Shown here piece by piece: positions 31,185-40,331 of a stretch of DNA of 64,000 bases. This DNA is from Candidatus Hydrothermarchaeum profundi. Lineage in GTDB: Archaea > Hydrothermarchaeota > Hydrothermarchaeia > Hydrothermarchaeales > Hydrothermarchaeaceae. Made by a program: the position numbers and the translations under genes. Location: positions 1,256,989 through 1,320,988 of the forward strand of contig MTMF02000009.1 of the NCBI GenBank assembly GCA_002011125.2. Direction: 5' to 3'. The number at the start of each line of letters is the position of its first letter. Position 1 is the first letter of the stretch. Under the pieces are notes generated by a model. That model had not been told where the DNA came from. It saw nothing but the letters and a program-made list of their open reading frames with translations, and ran no database searches.

Positions 31185-31223
31185 GTTTACATTTCTGTAT
31201 TTTTCTAGCACATAAATGTAAAC
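31185..31223. promoter_or_regulatory. 14-bp inverted repeat (1 mismatch, 11-nt spacer) between divergent genes; candidate operator
   Basis: GTTTACATTTCTGT (31185-31198) and ACATAAATGTAAAC (31210-31223). Confidence 0.45.
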
Positions 31224-31264
31224 CAATAATATTTGGTCACAGAAGTCAATAACATAATGGGAAA

Positions 31265-31621
31265 ATGAAGATAATGATCGTAGAGGATGATAGTGATATA
31301 CTGTTTCTATATAAATTGATTTTTAAAAAGGAAGGCTATGAAGTAATTGATGTATCGAGCGTTGAGGAGTGTTTCGAGAAGCTGGATAAAACATCTCCAG
31401 ATTTGGTTATTATAGATATTATGATGCCGGGTATGGACGGCCTAGAGGCATGTAAGAAGATTAAAGAGAAAAACAAGCAGAATCCTCGGGTTATTTTAAT
31501 CTCGGCTAGATGTGATGAAGAAGCAGTCCGTAAGAGCTTTGAGTACGCTAAAGCGGATGCGTATCTCTCTAAGCCTGTTAGTAGAAAAAAATTGATTGAA
31601 ACTATAAGGAGGTTTATATAA
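31265..31621 (+). CDS. Stand-alone response regulator receiver
   Basis: IVEDD, IIDIMMPGMDG, ISA, LSKP. Confidence 0.9.
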   Translation: MKIMIVEDDSDILFLYKLIFKKEGYEVIDVSSVEECFEKLDKTSPDLVIIDIMMPGMDGLEACKKIKEKNKQNPRVILISARCDEEAVRKSFEYAKADAYLSKPVSRKKLIETIRRFI

Positions 31622-31634
31622 TTCTTATTTAGTT

Positions 31635-32024
31635 GTGGCGGAGGCAGTAAAGTTGACTAAAGTAATGGTAGTAGACGATGAGGAAGATGTAAGAGAGATT
31701 GTGTCACTTATCTTAGAGAAAGAAGGGTTCGAAGTAGCTGTTGCTAGTAGTGGTGAAGACTGCTTACAGAGCCTTAACGAGGAAAACCCTGATCTGGTTC
31801 TTTTAGATGTTATGATGCCAGGCATTGACGGCTGGGAAACATGTAGTGAAATTAAGAAAAAAAGTGAGGTACCTGTGGTTATGTTGACTGTTAAATCAGC
31901 TGATGAAGACGTTATTAAAAGCTTTCAGCATATGTGCGATGCTCATGTAGGGAAGCCTATTATAAAAGAAAAATTAGTTAACACAATAAAATGGGTTCTA
32001 AAATCTAGGAGGAAAATGAGATGA
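31635..32024 (+). CDS. Stand-alone response regulator receiver
   Basis: VVDDE, LLDVMMPGIDG, MLT, VGKP. Confidence 0.9.
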   Translation: MAEAVKLTKVMVVDDEEDVREIVSLILEKEGFEVAVASSGEDCLQSLNEENPDLVLLDVMMPGIDGWETCSEIKKKSEVPVVMLTVKSADEDVIKSFQHMCDAHVGKPIIKEKLVNTIKWVLKSRRKMR

Positions 32025-32644
32025 GGCTTATAAGTGACTTTCCCTCTTACTATACAGTACTTCTCTTGGGTCCTCCAGGGGTTGGAAAACGCGAGTATTG
32101 CCTGTATTTACTTAAAACTTGGCTGGAGCGAGGGGAGCGGGTTATATATATAACGAGCGAAAGAAGTCCGGAGGAAATAAGGAATGAGGCAAAAATTGAT
32201 TTAGAGAAAAATCTCCTTTTCATCGATTTATATTCTCAAGAGGGGGGTAATAAACACAGGGGATATCAGTTACTGCTCCATCTTAGGGATATAGAAATCG
32301 AGATCGAAGACGCTGTAGAAAAGCTAGGAGCGCCTGTTAGAATAATTTTCGACTCTTTGTCTATGGTGTTCATTTATACTGCGACATCATTGATGGTAAG
32401 TTTTATACAGAATTTGACTGAGAAGGTTAGGAGGGAGTATGGCTTTATAATGTATACCGTCCAGGAAGGAGTACATGACCCCCGTTTCATAAATACTATA
32501 CTAAGCTTTGTCGACGGTTTCCTCCAGATGAAGTTTGAGGAGGGAGAAACCGTGGAGAAGAAATTTAGAATACATCATTTGAAAGGTCTACAATATGATT
32601 CTTCTTGGATGCCATTTAACTTAAAGATGAAATCGTCTATGTAA
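32021..32644 (+). CDS. Single-domain KaiC/RAD55-like ATPase
   Basis: GPPGVGKR Walker A, IYITSERSPEE, IIFDSLS, VDG, FRIHHLKG. Confidence 0.8.
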   Translation: MRLISDFPSYYTVLLLGPPGVGKREYCLYLLKTWLERGERVIYITSERSPEEIRNEAKIDLEKNLLFIDLYSQEGGNKHRGYQLLLHLRDIEIEIEDAVEKLGAPVRIIFDSLSMVFIYTATSLMVSFIQNLTEKVRREYGFIMYTVQEGVHDPRFINTILSFVDGFLQMKFEEGETVEKKFRIHHLKGLQYDSSWMPFNLKMKSSM

Positions 32645-32785
32645 CTCGTCAATCTCATATTTTCAGGAAAAATCAGTAGCAATTACCAAGACGCTTACAC
32701 TAAATCTCAATTAATAAAAAGAAGCTAGGAAAACTATTGAATTACGATATTATTATATAAAAGGCTAGAGTAAGTTTGAGGCGTT

Positions 32786-34045
32786 ATGATATTGTCAAGA
32801 CTATCTGAGTTGGGTGGTGATACGCTTTCACGTTTATTAAATAGATCGAAAGCTACTCAACGTAGAATTATAGCGGATGTCGAAAAGATAGTTGAAGATG
32901 TAAAAAATAGGGGAGATGAAGCTTTAAGGTACTATACTCTGAAATATGATGGAGTAGAGTTAGATAACTTCCGTGTAACTGCGAACGAGTTTGAAGATGC
33001 TCTCTCAAGCGTGGGGGAAAATGTTTTAGAAGCCTTGCAGGTATCAGCCCATAATATTAAAGAGTTCCATGAATATCAATTAAGACGTGACTGGTTCTAT
33101 GAGAAAGATGGGATTAAGCTGGGTCAAATAGTCAGGCCAATAGGCAGAGTTGGTTGTTATATTCCAGGGGGTAGGGCAGCATATCCCTCGACGGTTTTGA
33201 TGACAGTGATACCGGCTAAGACGGCAGGCGTAAGGGAAGTAACTTGCATTACTCCACCAGGAAAAGGTGGAAGCGCTAACCCATATGTTCTCGCTGCTTG
33301 CCATGTGGCGGGGGTGGATGAAGTTTATAAAGTTGGTGGTGCGCAGGGCATAGCTGCATTAGCCTATGGAACAGAAAGCATTAGGAAGGTCGATAAGATA
33401 GTGGGTCCGGGCAACATATATGTTCAGGCTGCTAAGAGAATTGTTTCCGAGGATGTGGCAGCTGATTTTCCTGCGGGTCCGAGTGAAGTTCTAATTATAG
33501 CGGATTCAACGGCGAAGCCTTCTTTTGTAGCTTTGGATATGATTGCGCAGGCAGAGCACGATCCTAATGCGAGCAGTGTTCTTGTTACAACGTCTGAGAG
33601 GCTTGCAAAAGAGGTCAAAGACTTAATAGAAAGAGAGGATAAGACTGCTGAAGCATCTGCCTCCCTAAAGGAAAATGGAGCTATTATAATAGTTGATTCT
33701 TTAGAGGAAGCTGTAGAGTTTTCCAATACGTATTCACCTGAGCATCTTGAGATTATAACTCAAGTGGATGTTCTTTCGCAGATAACTAATGCAGGATCTA
33801 TCTTCATAGGCTCCTATACCCCTGTAGCCTGCGGAGACTATGCCTCCGGTACTAACCATGTCTTGCCAACGGCAGGCTATTCCAAGTTCTATTCGGGGTT
33901 GAGTGTTAATGACTTTATAAAAACTATTTCGGTTCAAGAAGTGAATAAGAAAGGCCTTAAAAAGCTGGCGCATACTATTATAACCCTTGCTGAAGCAGAA
34001 GGTTTAAGGTTTCATGCTGAAAGTGTTCGTAGGAGAATAAAATAA
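32786..34045 (+). CDS. hisD: Histidinol dehydrogenase
   Basis: YIPGGRAAYPS, GGAQGIAALAYG, IVGPGN, AGPSE, QAEHD, PEHLE, GDYASGTNHVLPT. Confidence 0.97.
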   Translation: MILSRLSELGGDTLSRLLNRSKATQRRIIADVEKIVEDVKNRGDEALRYYTLKYDGVELDNFRVTANEFEDALSSVGENVLEALQVSAHNIKEFHEYQLRRDWFYEKDGIKLGQIVRPIGRVGCYIPGGRAAYPSTVLMTVIPAKTAGVREVTCITPPGKGGSANPYVLAACHVAGVDEVYKVGGAQGIAALAYGTESIRKVDKIVGPGNIYVQAAKRIVSEDVAADFPAGPSEVLIIADSTAKPSFVALDMIAQAEHDPNASSVLVTTSERLAKEVKDLIEREDKTAEASASLKENGAIIIVDSLEEAVEFSNTYSPEHLEIITQVDVLSQITNAGSIFIGSYTPVACGDYASGTNHVLPTAGYSKFYSGLSVNDFIKTISVQEVNKKGLKKLAHTIITLAEAEGLRFHAESVRRRIK

Positions 34046-34067
34046 GCATCTAATTCTTGGTGATAGG

Positions 34068-35375
34068 ATGGAGAGAAAGTATTCGGATGAGATAATCCCT
34101 GATATGGATGGACGGAAGGTCAAGATAGCGGGATGGGTGCATGATAGAAGAAAACTTGGCGGGCTTCTATTTCTCCTAGTGCGAGATAGAGGAGGACTTA
34201 TTCAAGTCACTCTTCCAAAAAAATATGTTTCTGAGGATGTGTTTGAAAAAGCCCGTACAGTTAGCAAAGAAAGTGTGGTGGCAATAGTAGGCGAGGTAAA
34301 GAAAGAAGAGCGGGCACCTCGGGGCTACGAGATCATACCTGAAAAGATAGATATCCTAAGCAAGGCAGCGGCACCTTTACCTCTTGACCCTACCGGAAAA
34401 GTCGGTGTAACCTTAGACACCAGGTTAGATAACAGGGTGCTAGATCTTCGTAGGCCAAATGTGAGTGCCATATTTAAGATAAGAGATGTCATGTTATCAG
34501 CGGCTAGAAATCACCTTAGAAGTAAGGGTTTTATCGAGATCCAAACACCGAGGATTATCTCTACTTCATCTGAAGGGGGTACCGAGCTGTTTCCAATAAG
34601 CTATTTCGAGAAGGAGGCTTTTCTTGCACAATCTCCACAGCTTTATAAGCAGATGATGATGGCTACAGGTTTAGATCGAGTATTTGAGATCGCAACTTAC
34701 TTCCGAGCAGAAGAGCATGACACGATTTGGCATCTAAATGAGATCACAGCTATAGACTGTGAGCTTTCTTTCATAGAGGATGAGAACGATGTTATGGATG
34801 TGGTTGAAGAACTGGTTCTTGCGATAATAAGGGATATAAGAGAGAATTGTAGTGAACACTTAGAAGGCTTTAACATTGAGATTAAAGAGCCTAAGACTCC
34901 ATTTCCAAGGATAACGTATGAAGAGGCCCTAGAAATGCTTGATGAGGCTGGTCTAAAGGTGCCTTTTGGCGAGGACTTGAGCACAGAGAGCGAGAAAAAG
35001 TTAGGTGAATTAATGTTGGAAAAAGGATGGTCGATGTATTTTGTTACAAAGTTCCCTCTTAGGATCAAGCCTTTCTATACAATGCCAGATAGAGATCCTC
35101 GATTCTCGAATTCTTTCGACCTAGAATTCAAGGGTAGAGAGATGGTTTCAGGTTCTCAACGAATCCATGATTATGATCTACTGGTTAAAATGATAAAAGA
35201 AAAGGGACTGAATCCGCAAGGATTTAAGACATATCTTGAAGCATTTAAATATGGCATGCCCCCGCATGGAGGCTTTGGCCTCGGAGTAGAGAGATTTCTA
35301 ATGCTCTTATTAGGCCTTCCTAACATAAGAGAGGCAGTGCTTTTCCCAAGGGACCGAAAAAGGCTAGAGCCCTGA
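34068..35375 (+). CDS. aspS: Aspartyl-tRNA synthetase, archaeal type, probably non-discriminating (Asp/Asn)
   Basis: RLDNRVLDLR, LAQSPQLYKQ, FRAE, SGSQRIH, GMPPHGGFGLGVER; GWVH and AP residues of the ND anticodon domain. Confidence 0.95.
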   Translation: MERKYSDEIIPDMDGRKVKIAGWVHDRRKLGGLLFLLVRDRGGLIQVTLPKKYVSEDVFEKARTVSKESVVAIVGEVKKEERAPRGYEIIPEKIDILSKAAAPLPLDPTGKVGVTLDTRLDNRVLDLRRPNVSAIFKIRDVMLSAARNHLRSKGFIEIQTPRIISTSSEGGTELFPISYFEKEAFLAQSPQLYKQMMMATGLDRVFEIATYFRAEEHDTIWHLNEITAIDCELSFIEDENDVMDVVEELVLAIIRDIRENCSEHLEGFNIEIKEPKTPFPRITYEEALEMLDEAGLKVPFGEDLSTESEKKLGELMLEKGWSMYFVTKFPLRIKPFYTMPDRDPRFSNSFDLEFKGREMVSGSQRIHDYDLLVKMIKEKGLNPQGFKTYLEAFKYGMPPHGGFGLGVERFLMLLLGLPNIREAVLFPRDRKRLEP

Positions 35376-35689
35376 TTTCTCTATCTCAGTAATTCATAAA
35401 GCTCAAGCAATGATATAAATTAACTCTTTTGTTTAAATTTTGGAGGATAATCAACTTTAGGGAGTAAAACTACTTTTAATTAGATACCAATGTCACATTA
35501 ATATCGGCAGTTCTTGGCTCTATTCTAATATGACAGTAATCTTGCAAAACTTCTATAGAACCTATTATTATATCGGGGTCCAGGACATCTAATTAAATTG
35601 GTAGGTTAAAAAATGTTTAGCGTTTCTTTTCCCCGAATTGATCAAAAGTCTGGATTAAAGGCGTTCTGCTGTGATTTTGGTTAGTTTAT

Positions 35690-35703
35690 GATAGCCCCGG
35701 GCG
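35690..35703. repeat. Candidate att site: direct repeat of the tRNA-Thr 3' end
   Basis: gatagccccgggcg (35690-35703) vs gatagcccccggcg (47498-47511): 13/14 identical, same orientation. Confidence 0.5.
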
Positions 35704-35921
35704 AACATCTCTTAGCCACATCAAAAGCCTATATCCTTCTTCGTTTTTCTAACATATAAATTTATTTTTAATACTTATTATATTTGGAGGTATCATAGTT
35801 AAGGAGAAAAGGTATAAAGTGAGCAGGCGAAGAAACTCATGAAGATTCCGAATAGAATAGCTGGAGACTAAATTTATAAACCGATTTTACAAATTTATTA
35901 CTTGAAAAACCTCCATAAGTA

Positions 35922-35954
35922 TTTGTTCATGAACATTTTTTGTTTATGAACAAA
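35922..35954. promoter_or_regulatory. Tandem palindromes forming a nested inverted repeat; candidate protein-binding site
   Basis: TGTTCATGAACA (35924-35935) and TGTTTATGAACA (35941-35952) separated by T5. Confidence 0.5.
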
Positions 35955-36237
35955 ACTATAGGGTCGTTTATTCTGCCGGAGGTTGACGCCTTATGAGAGG
36001 TTAGTTAAAGTTGAGTTCTCGCCTTTTAGCGGGTTTATCATCATGGCGGCGCTACTAAGAACATAGGGAAGGCTGCAAGACTCTAATATCTTTATCGCTT
36101 TAATACAAATGATATTCTTGGCAACCAGAAGGGTATCCCGTTCCTTATCGCTGAATTCCTGAGGGCAGGAAGAGCGAGCATGAGGGGTAGAAGGGGTTTA
36201 TATACCGTTTAGTACGAGTAATTTTTTATTCTAACCT

Positions 36238-36591
36238 TCACTCCCTCAATAAGTGAAGTGTCACCGGTCTATTGGAGTACGAAATGTAGGGGAGCTTGTT
36301 TAGAAGTGCCATAATTATAGCCTTCCTTCCGTGAAGCCTCGGTGCCAAGTCCTCCATATATAACTTTCCCTGAGATTCTAAGACTTCCCACGCGTATTCA
36401 AAATCTTCCTTGGAGATCTCCCTTTCAACTAATGTATCAATGTTTTGCACGGTGATGGATGTTTCAGTGACTTTTACTATTCTGTTGATGTTTCCCCTTG
36501 AAAGAGTCCTCACCTCATCCAGACCCTGAATTATGTCTCTCAGTTCCTCCCACATGTTTTCGAAGTTCTTGATTCCCTCTTTTCTAGACAT
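36238..36591 (-). CDS. Hypothetical protein resembling isolated N-terminal DNA-recognition domains of restriction-like nucleases
   Basis: 117-aa ORF with AAGGGAAG upstream; W..L....VRTL...N.I..V....I.V pattern; family call is weak. Confidence 0.6.
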   Translation of the reverse strand: MSRKEGIKNFENMWEELRDIIQGLDEVRTLSRGNINRIVKVTETSITVQNIDTLVEREISKEDFEYAWEVLESQGKLYMEDLAPRLHGRKAIIMALLNKLPYISYSNRPVTLHLLRE

Positions 36592-36707
36592 CTTCCCTTA
36601 ACATTGTTTCTATCCTAATTTTGTAATTATAACTATTCTAAGTTCCGGTGAATATCACTTTTTTCCACCACAAATACAACCTCATTTAATCCCGTATTCT
36701 CCATAAT

Positions 36708-37421
36708 TCACTGATGCGATTTATATTTTTTCGTTTTATCAATTATTCTAACTATTTTATGCTTATCCTCCTCTTGTATCTTGGAGCTATCAAGGTGCTG
36801 GTAGAGCCACAGTCCACTCGTCCTAATCCGCTTTACGGGGGAGTAATTTCCTAACCATTTTTCAGAGGGCTTGCATAAAGGACACTGGGCCAGTGTAGCG
36901 ATGAGTTTGCTCTCAAGTCCTTTCTCCCCAATCCTCGCTTCCATGTCCTCTAGGACTATATACTTGAAGAAGAAGTTCTCTCTGAGAATCCTGCTTATCT
37001 CCTCTTCAATCTCAACTTCCAGCCTCATGTTCCTCAAATGATGGTTCTCTTCCCTGTTTTTCCTACTGGTGAAGTCTATATCCCAGACATCCAAATAAGG
37101 TAAACCCCGTTTTTTCAAAATAGCTCTTCCCAAATTTTTTCTGAAAATGCTCCGATCCTTAGGAGCTGGTTTCATCGGGTCTAAAACAAGGTTTCTACCT
37201 AGTAGATAGTGGTCTGCTATCCTGCTCCTGAAATTCCCTTGCCTGTGGGTCCCAACACGCACAATCCTCGGTTTTTCACCCCCATGACCCCAGACCTCCC
37301 CATTCTCGTAGAAAAAGTATATGCCGTTTTTCGGCAGCTCTTCTAATCTAAAGGGATATCTCACGCTAGGCAAAGCCTCTAGTTGCTCGTGCAACCACCG
37401 GCATAGATCAGACTCTAACAT
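36708..37421 (-). CDS. GIY-YIG-like nuclease
   Basis: NGIYFFYE...IVRVGTH...FRSRIADH, RSIFRKNLGRAIL, LESKLIATL, WLGNYSP...SGLW. Confidence 0.75.
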   Translation of the reverse strand: MLESDLCRWLHEQLEALPSVRYPFRLEELPKNGIYFFYENGEVWGHGGEKPRIVRVGTHRQGNFRSRIADHYLLGRNLVLDPMKPAPKDRSIFRKNLGRAILKKRGLPYLDVWDIDFTSRKNREENHHLRNMRLEVEIEEEISRILRENFFFKYIVLEDMEARIGEKGLESKLIATLAQCPLCKPSEKWLGNYSPVKRIRTSGLWLYQHLDSSKIQEEDKHKIVRIIDKTKKYKSHQ

Positions 37422-37425
37422 CCAT

Positions 37426-38256
37426 CTACCTCGGCAATCTGTATCTGATTCTTAGGGTAGCGCCTTTCCCACTTGAAGGGCTGTATAATATCTCATCACC
37501 AAGCCTCATCTCGCTGTACATCGTCTTACAGCACAAAGACATCCTATGATTTGGCCCCGGGTAACCCCCAACTATTCTATGAAGATCTCCGGAAATCACA
37601 TCCACCCATTTTTCCCCTCTTTTCTCTGCATCTTTAAGTACAGCTCGCAACGCAAACTCAAAATCTCTACTTGTAGGAAATCCCCGCTCAGTAGCTGGAC
37701 GCTTCAACCTACAGGGGGGCTCTCGTTGTTTTTCTCTCAGGCGACCATAAACATCGCCGAGCCTTGTATTAATCCCCGGAGACTCTAGATAGGTAGTTAT
37801 GCTAAAGGGACTATTGTTGTCTATAGCGCGTCTAACAGCCCTCATCATATAACCGATACCTCCTAATCCTTCAAAGGGTTTTATTACTAATGTCTGACTA
37901 TCTGAAAATGCCTGAGTTACAAGGTCAGCGTATTCCTTTCCCGCAAGGACGATTACAATGTCAAAGTTGTGAAGTTTCTTTTCCAATACTTGATTTTTAA
38001 GCTTCTCTATGCCTATAGGATTGGTTTTAGGGTCGCTGAAGGTCGCATTGTAATTCTCATGTATAACAAACTCTGGTTCTATAAACCCATACTTGGCGGA
38101 GAGTATCATCCACTTATCTCCGAACCTAATAGCGTACTCTTTATTCAGCCTAAAAAATATCCCCTGATAAGCATCTCCTGCCTTAGTTGGACCAGAATCT
38201 GGAGCTAGATCCCATATCTTTTTTGCCCCACAAGAGATAATAACTAGGGTCCTCAT
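37426..38256 (-). CDS. DUF6884 (YaaA-like) domain fused to small C-terminal nuclease-associated domain
   Basis: IISCGAKK...AYQG..F...WMILSAKYGFI...Y; C-terminal GDLHRIVGGYPGPNHRMSLCC...GKGATLRIRYRLPR. Confidence 0.75.
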   Translation of the reverse strand: MRTLVIISCGAKKIWDLAPDSGPTKAGDAYQGIFFRLNKEYAIRFGDKWMILSAKYGFIEPEFVIHENYNATFSDPKTNPIGIEKLKNQVLEKKLHNFDIVIVLAGKEYADLVTQAFSDSQTLVIKPFEGLGGIGYMMRAVRRAIDNNSPFSITTYLESPGINTRLGDVYGRLREKQREPPCRLKRPATERGFPTSRDFEFALRAVLKDAEKRGEKWVDVISGDLHRIVGGYPGPNHRMSLCCKTMYSEMRLGDEILYSPSSGKGATLRIRYRLPR

Positions 38257-38378
38257 CCTCTTAATCTCCTTTTTGAAAAGCAGAGGTATTAAGGTTTTGT
38301 CAAGGCGATAGAGGGTCGCTGTACTGTCCGATACCAGCCTAGACGAACTAATTGTCCTCTCGATTATACATACAACGG

Positions 38379-39980
38379 TTAACCGGTCTCCATGTGAACA
38401 TGTTTTAGCTCTATCCTATCGATTGCCTTTTCTATAATATCCTTAAGATATAACCAATCGTCCTTCACACCAATAACTCTATCGTCCTTCTCTTTCTCTA
38501 ATAATTTTTTCAGAGGATCCAAAGCGCTTAGATGGCCAATTTTCCCCAACGCCTCGGCGGTTAAACCCCTGACAAGTTCGTCTGGATCGTTTATTTTCTG
38601 AATGAGAGTTGGAAGCCCGTTTTCAATTAATGATGGAGCATCTTGACAGATATTACCAAGAGCGTAAGCAGACCATGCTACCACGCCTCTATCGGTGCTC
38701 TTTAGAAGGCTAATAAGGGAAGGAACTGCATCTATTACTAATTTGGGGTCTTTCATTCCTATGCTTCCTATGGCATCGGCTGCCCAAGCTTTATTCTCTT
38801 CACTAGGGTCATCAAGCATTTCCATAATCTGCGGGATTGCTTCAGTAACAATATCTGGATAAACACTGCCTATCTCTCCCAATGCTCCTGCTATCCAGCC
38901 CCGGTTTTTCTCATCGGCTTCAGACAGCAATTTCATCAGTAATGGAGCTATTTCTCTCGCTAGGTCAGGATGGTTAGCTGCCATATCAGCAGAAATGTAT
39001 GTTGAATCCTCTGGAAAATCATGTAACGTCTTCCTCAAAAAAGGAATTGTTTCTTTTATAAGCTCAGGATCTTTACCCCCTATAGAGCTTAGAACTATGA
39101 TGGCCCCAGACCTAACATGAGCATCTTGGCTATTTAGCATCTCTTGCAGTTTGGGTATTGCGTCTTTCACCAAGCCGGGGTTCTTAGAGGCAACCTTAGC
39201 CAAAGCTTCAAGAATCAAAACGCGGTCAGCTTCTCTAGACTTTTCCAATAGTTCTATTATTTTAGGAACAGCATCTGCTATCCTTTCAGGATATTTCGCA
39301 CCTATATACCCCAAAGCACTAACAATAAAAGGGGTGACCCCTTTTTCCTCCCTCAGAAGCTGTTTTAGCGTTGGAGCAGCATCCTTAATCAGGTCTGGGT
39401 TACCCATACCAATGTCACTAAGAGCTTTTGGAAGAAGCCAAAAAAAGCTCGCTGATTCATCCTCTTCTAGATTTTTTATAAGCATTGGCACTAGATGGCT
39501 AACCATACAAGGGTTTCTTGAACCTATAACCCCGATGATCTCTATAATGTGGTTGACTATAAACCAATTCTCTTCACCTCTAGACTTGAGTAACTCAAAA
39601 TTATTCCACATCTCGTTGACCAGATCTCTCACAAATTCCTCTGAATTCCCTCTAGCTTCACCCAAAATTTCTCCAACATAGCTCCTTGTTTCGGCGTCTT
39701 GCTCAGGCAAGAAAGATACTAATGCTTCCACAATTACATCGCTTAATTCAGGATCTTTTTCTTTAATAACACCTAAGAGCTCAACTGAAACACCTTTCTT
39801 ATCTAAATGCGGAGTTGACATTAACGTAATCAGAGGTATTAAGGCGTTAAAGTCTCCTTTCATAATGTCTCTTTTATTTTTTTGTATATATCTGAAACCG
39901 TACTCAATTCCACCCTTTTTTAACCTCCATGCCTCTTTTCTAGCAGGCTTATTTTTTATTTCATATTTTTTCTTTGGCAA
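38379..39980 (-). CDS. HEAT-repeat protein
   Basis: Roughly ten ~40-aa repeats A.P.L..LL....R.....ALG.IG...P. Confidence 0.85.
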   Translation of the reverse strand: MPKKKYEIKNKPARKEAWRLKKGGIEYGFRYIQKNKRDIMKGDFNALIPLITLMSTPHLDKKGVSVELLGVIKEKDPELSDVIVEALVSFLPEQDAETRSYVGEILGEARGNSEEFVRDLVNEMWNNFELLKSRGEENWFIVNHIIEIIGVIGSRNPCMVSHLVPMLIKNLEEDESASFFWLLPKALSDIGMGNPDLIKDAAPTLKQLLREEKGVTPFIVSALGYIGAKYPERIADAVPKIIELLEKSREADRVLILEALAKVASKNPGLVKDAIPKLQEMLNSQDAHVRSGAIIVLSSIGGKDPELIKETIPFLRKTLHDFPEDSTYISADMAANHPDLAREIAPLLMKLLSEADEKNRGWIAGALGEIGSVYPDIVTEAIPQIMEMLDDPSEENKAWAADAIGSIGMKDPKLVIDAVPSLISLLKSTDRGVVAWSAYALGNICQDAPSLIENGLPTLIQKINDPDELVRGLTAEALGKIGHLSALDPLKKLLEKEKDDRVIGVKDDWLYLKDIIEKAIDRIELKHVHMETG

Positions 39981-40048
39981 TTTCTTCCCTCCCTTTCTTC
40001 ATGCTACACTGTTATAATAATATACATAACTCTCTTTTTTAAATATGC

Positions 40049-40331
40049 ATTGAAAAAGATCTTGAGAGATTTATTGAAAAACCTCTCAGAAAAGGTTCTC
40101 TCAAGTTGAAAAAAAGACAGGCGCAGACAATTGATGGCGGTACGATTGACTTGCTTTTCGAAGATAAAGAAGGTAATCCCGTAGTTGTTGAGTTAAAACT
40201 TAGTAGAATTGGTAGAGGCGCAGTAAATCAATTGAAGCGGTACATGAAATGGGTGAGGGGTGAAACCAAAAAAAGAGGTTACCGGAGTTATTGTATGTAA
40301 AGGAGTAATGCCGGCGTTTGAGGAAAAGGTT
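40049..40331 (+). pseudogene. NucS/EndoMS-like PD-(D/E)XK nuclease domain relic (no start, frameshifted)
   Basis: IEKDLERFIE...GTIDLLFEDKEGNPVVVELK...AVNQLKRYM; removing one A from the A7 run at 40268-40274 restores KKEVTGVIVC. Confidence 0.75.

Noticed and set aside
35376-36237. CRISPR array or structured ncRNA in the long intergenic region
   Set aside because: No regularly spaced repeats or convincing extended structure; only the att candidate and the double palindrome are supportable
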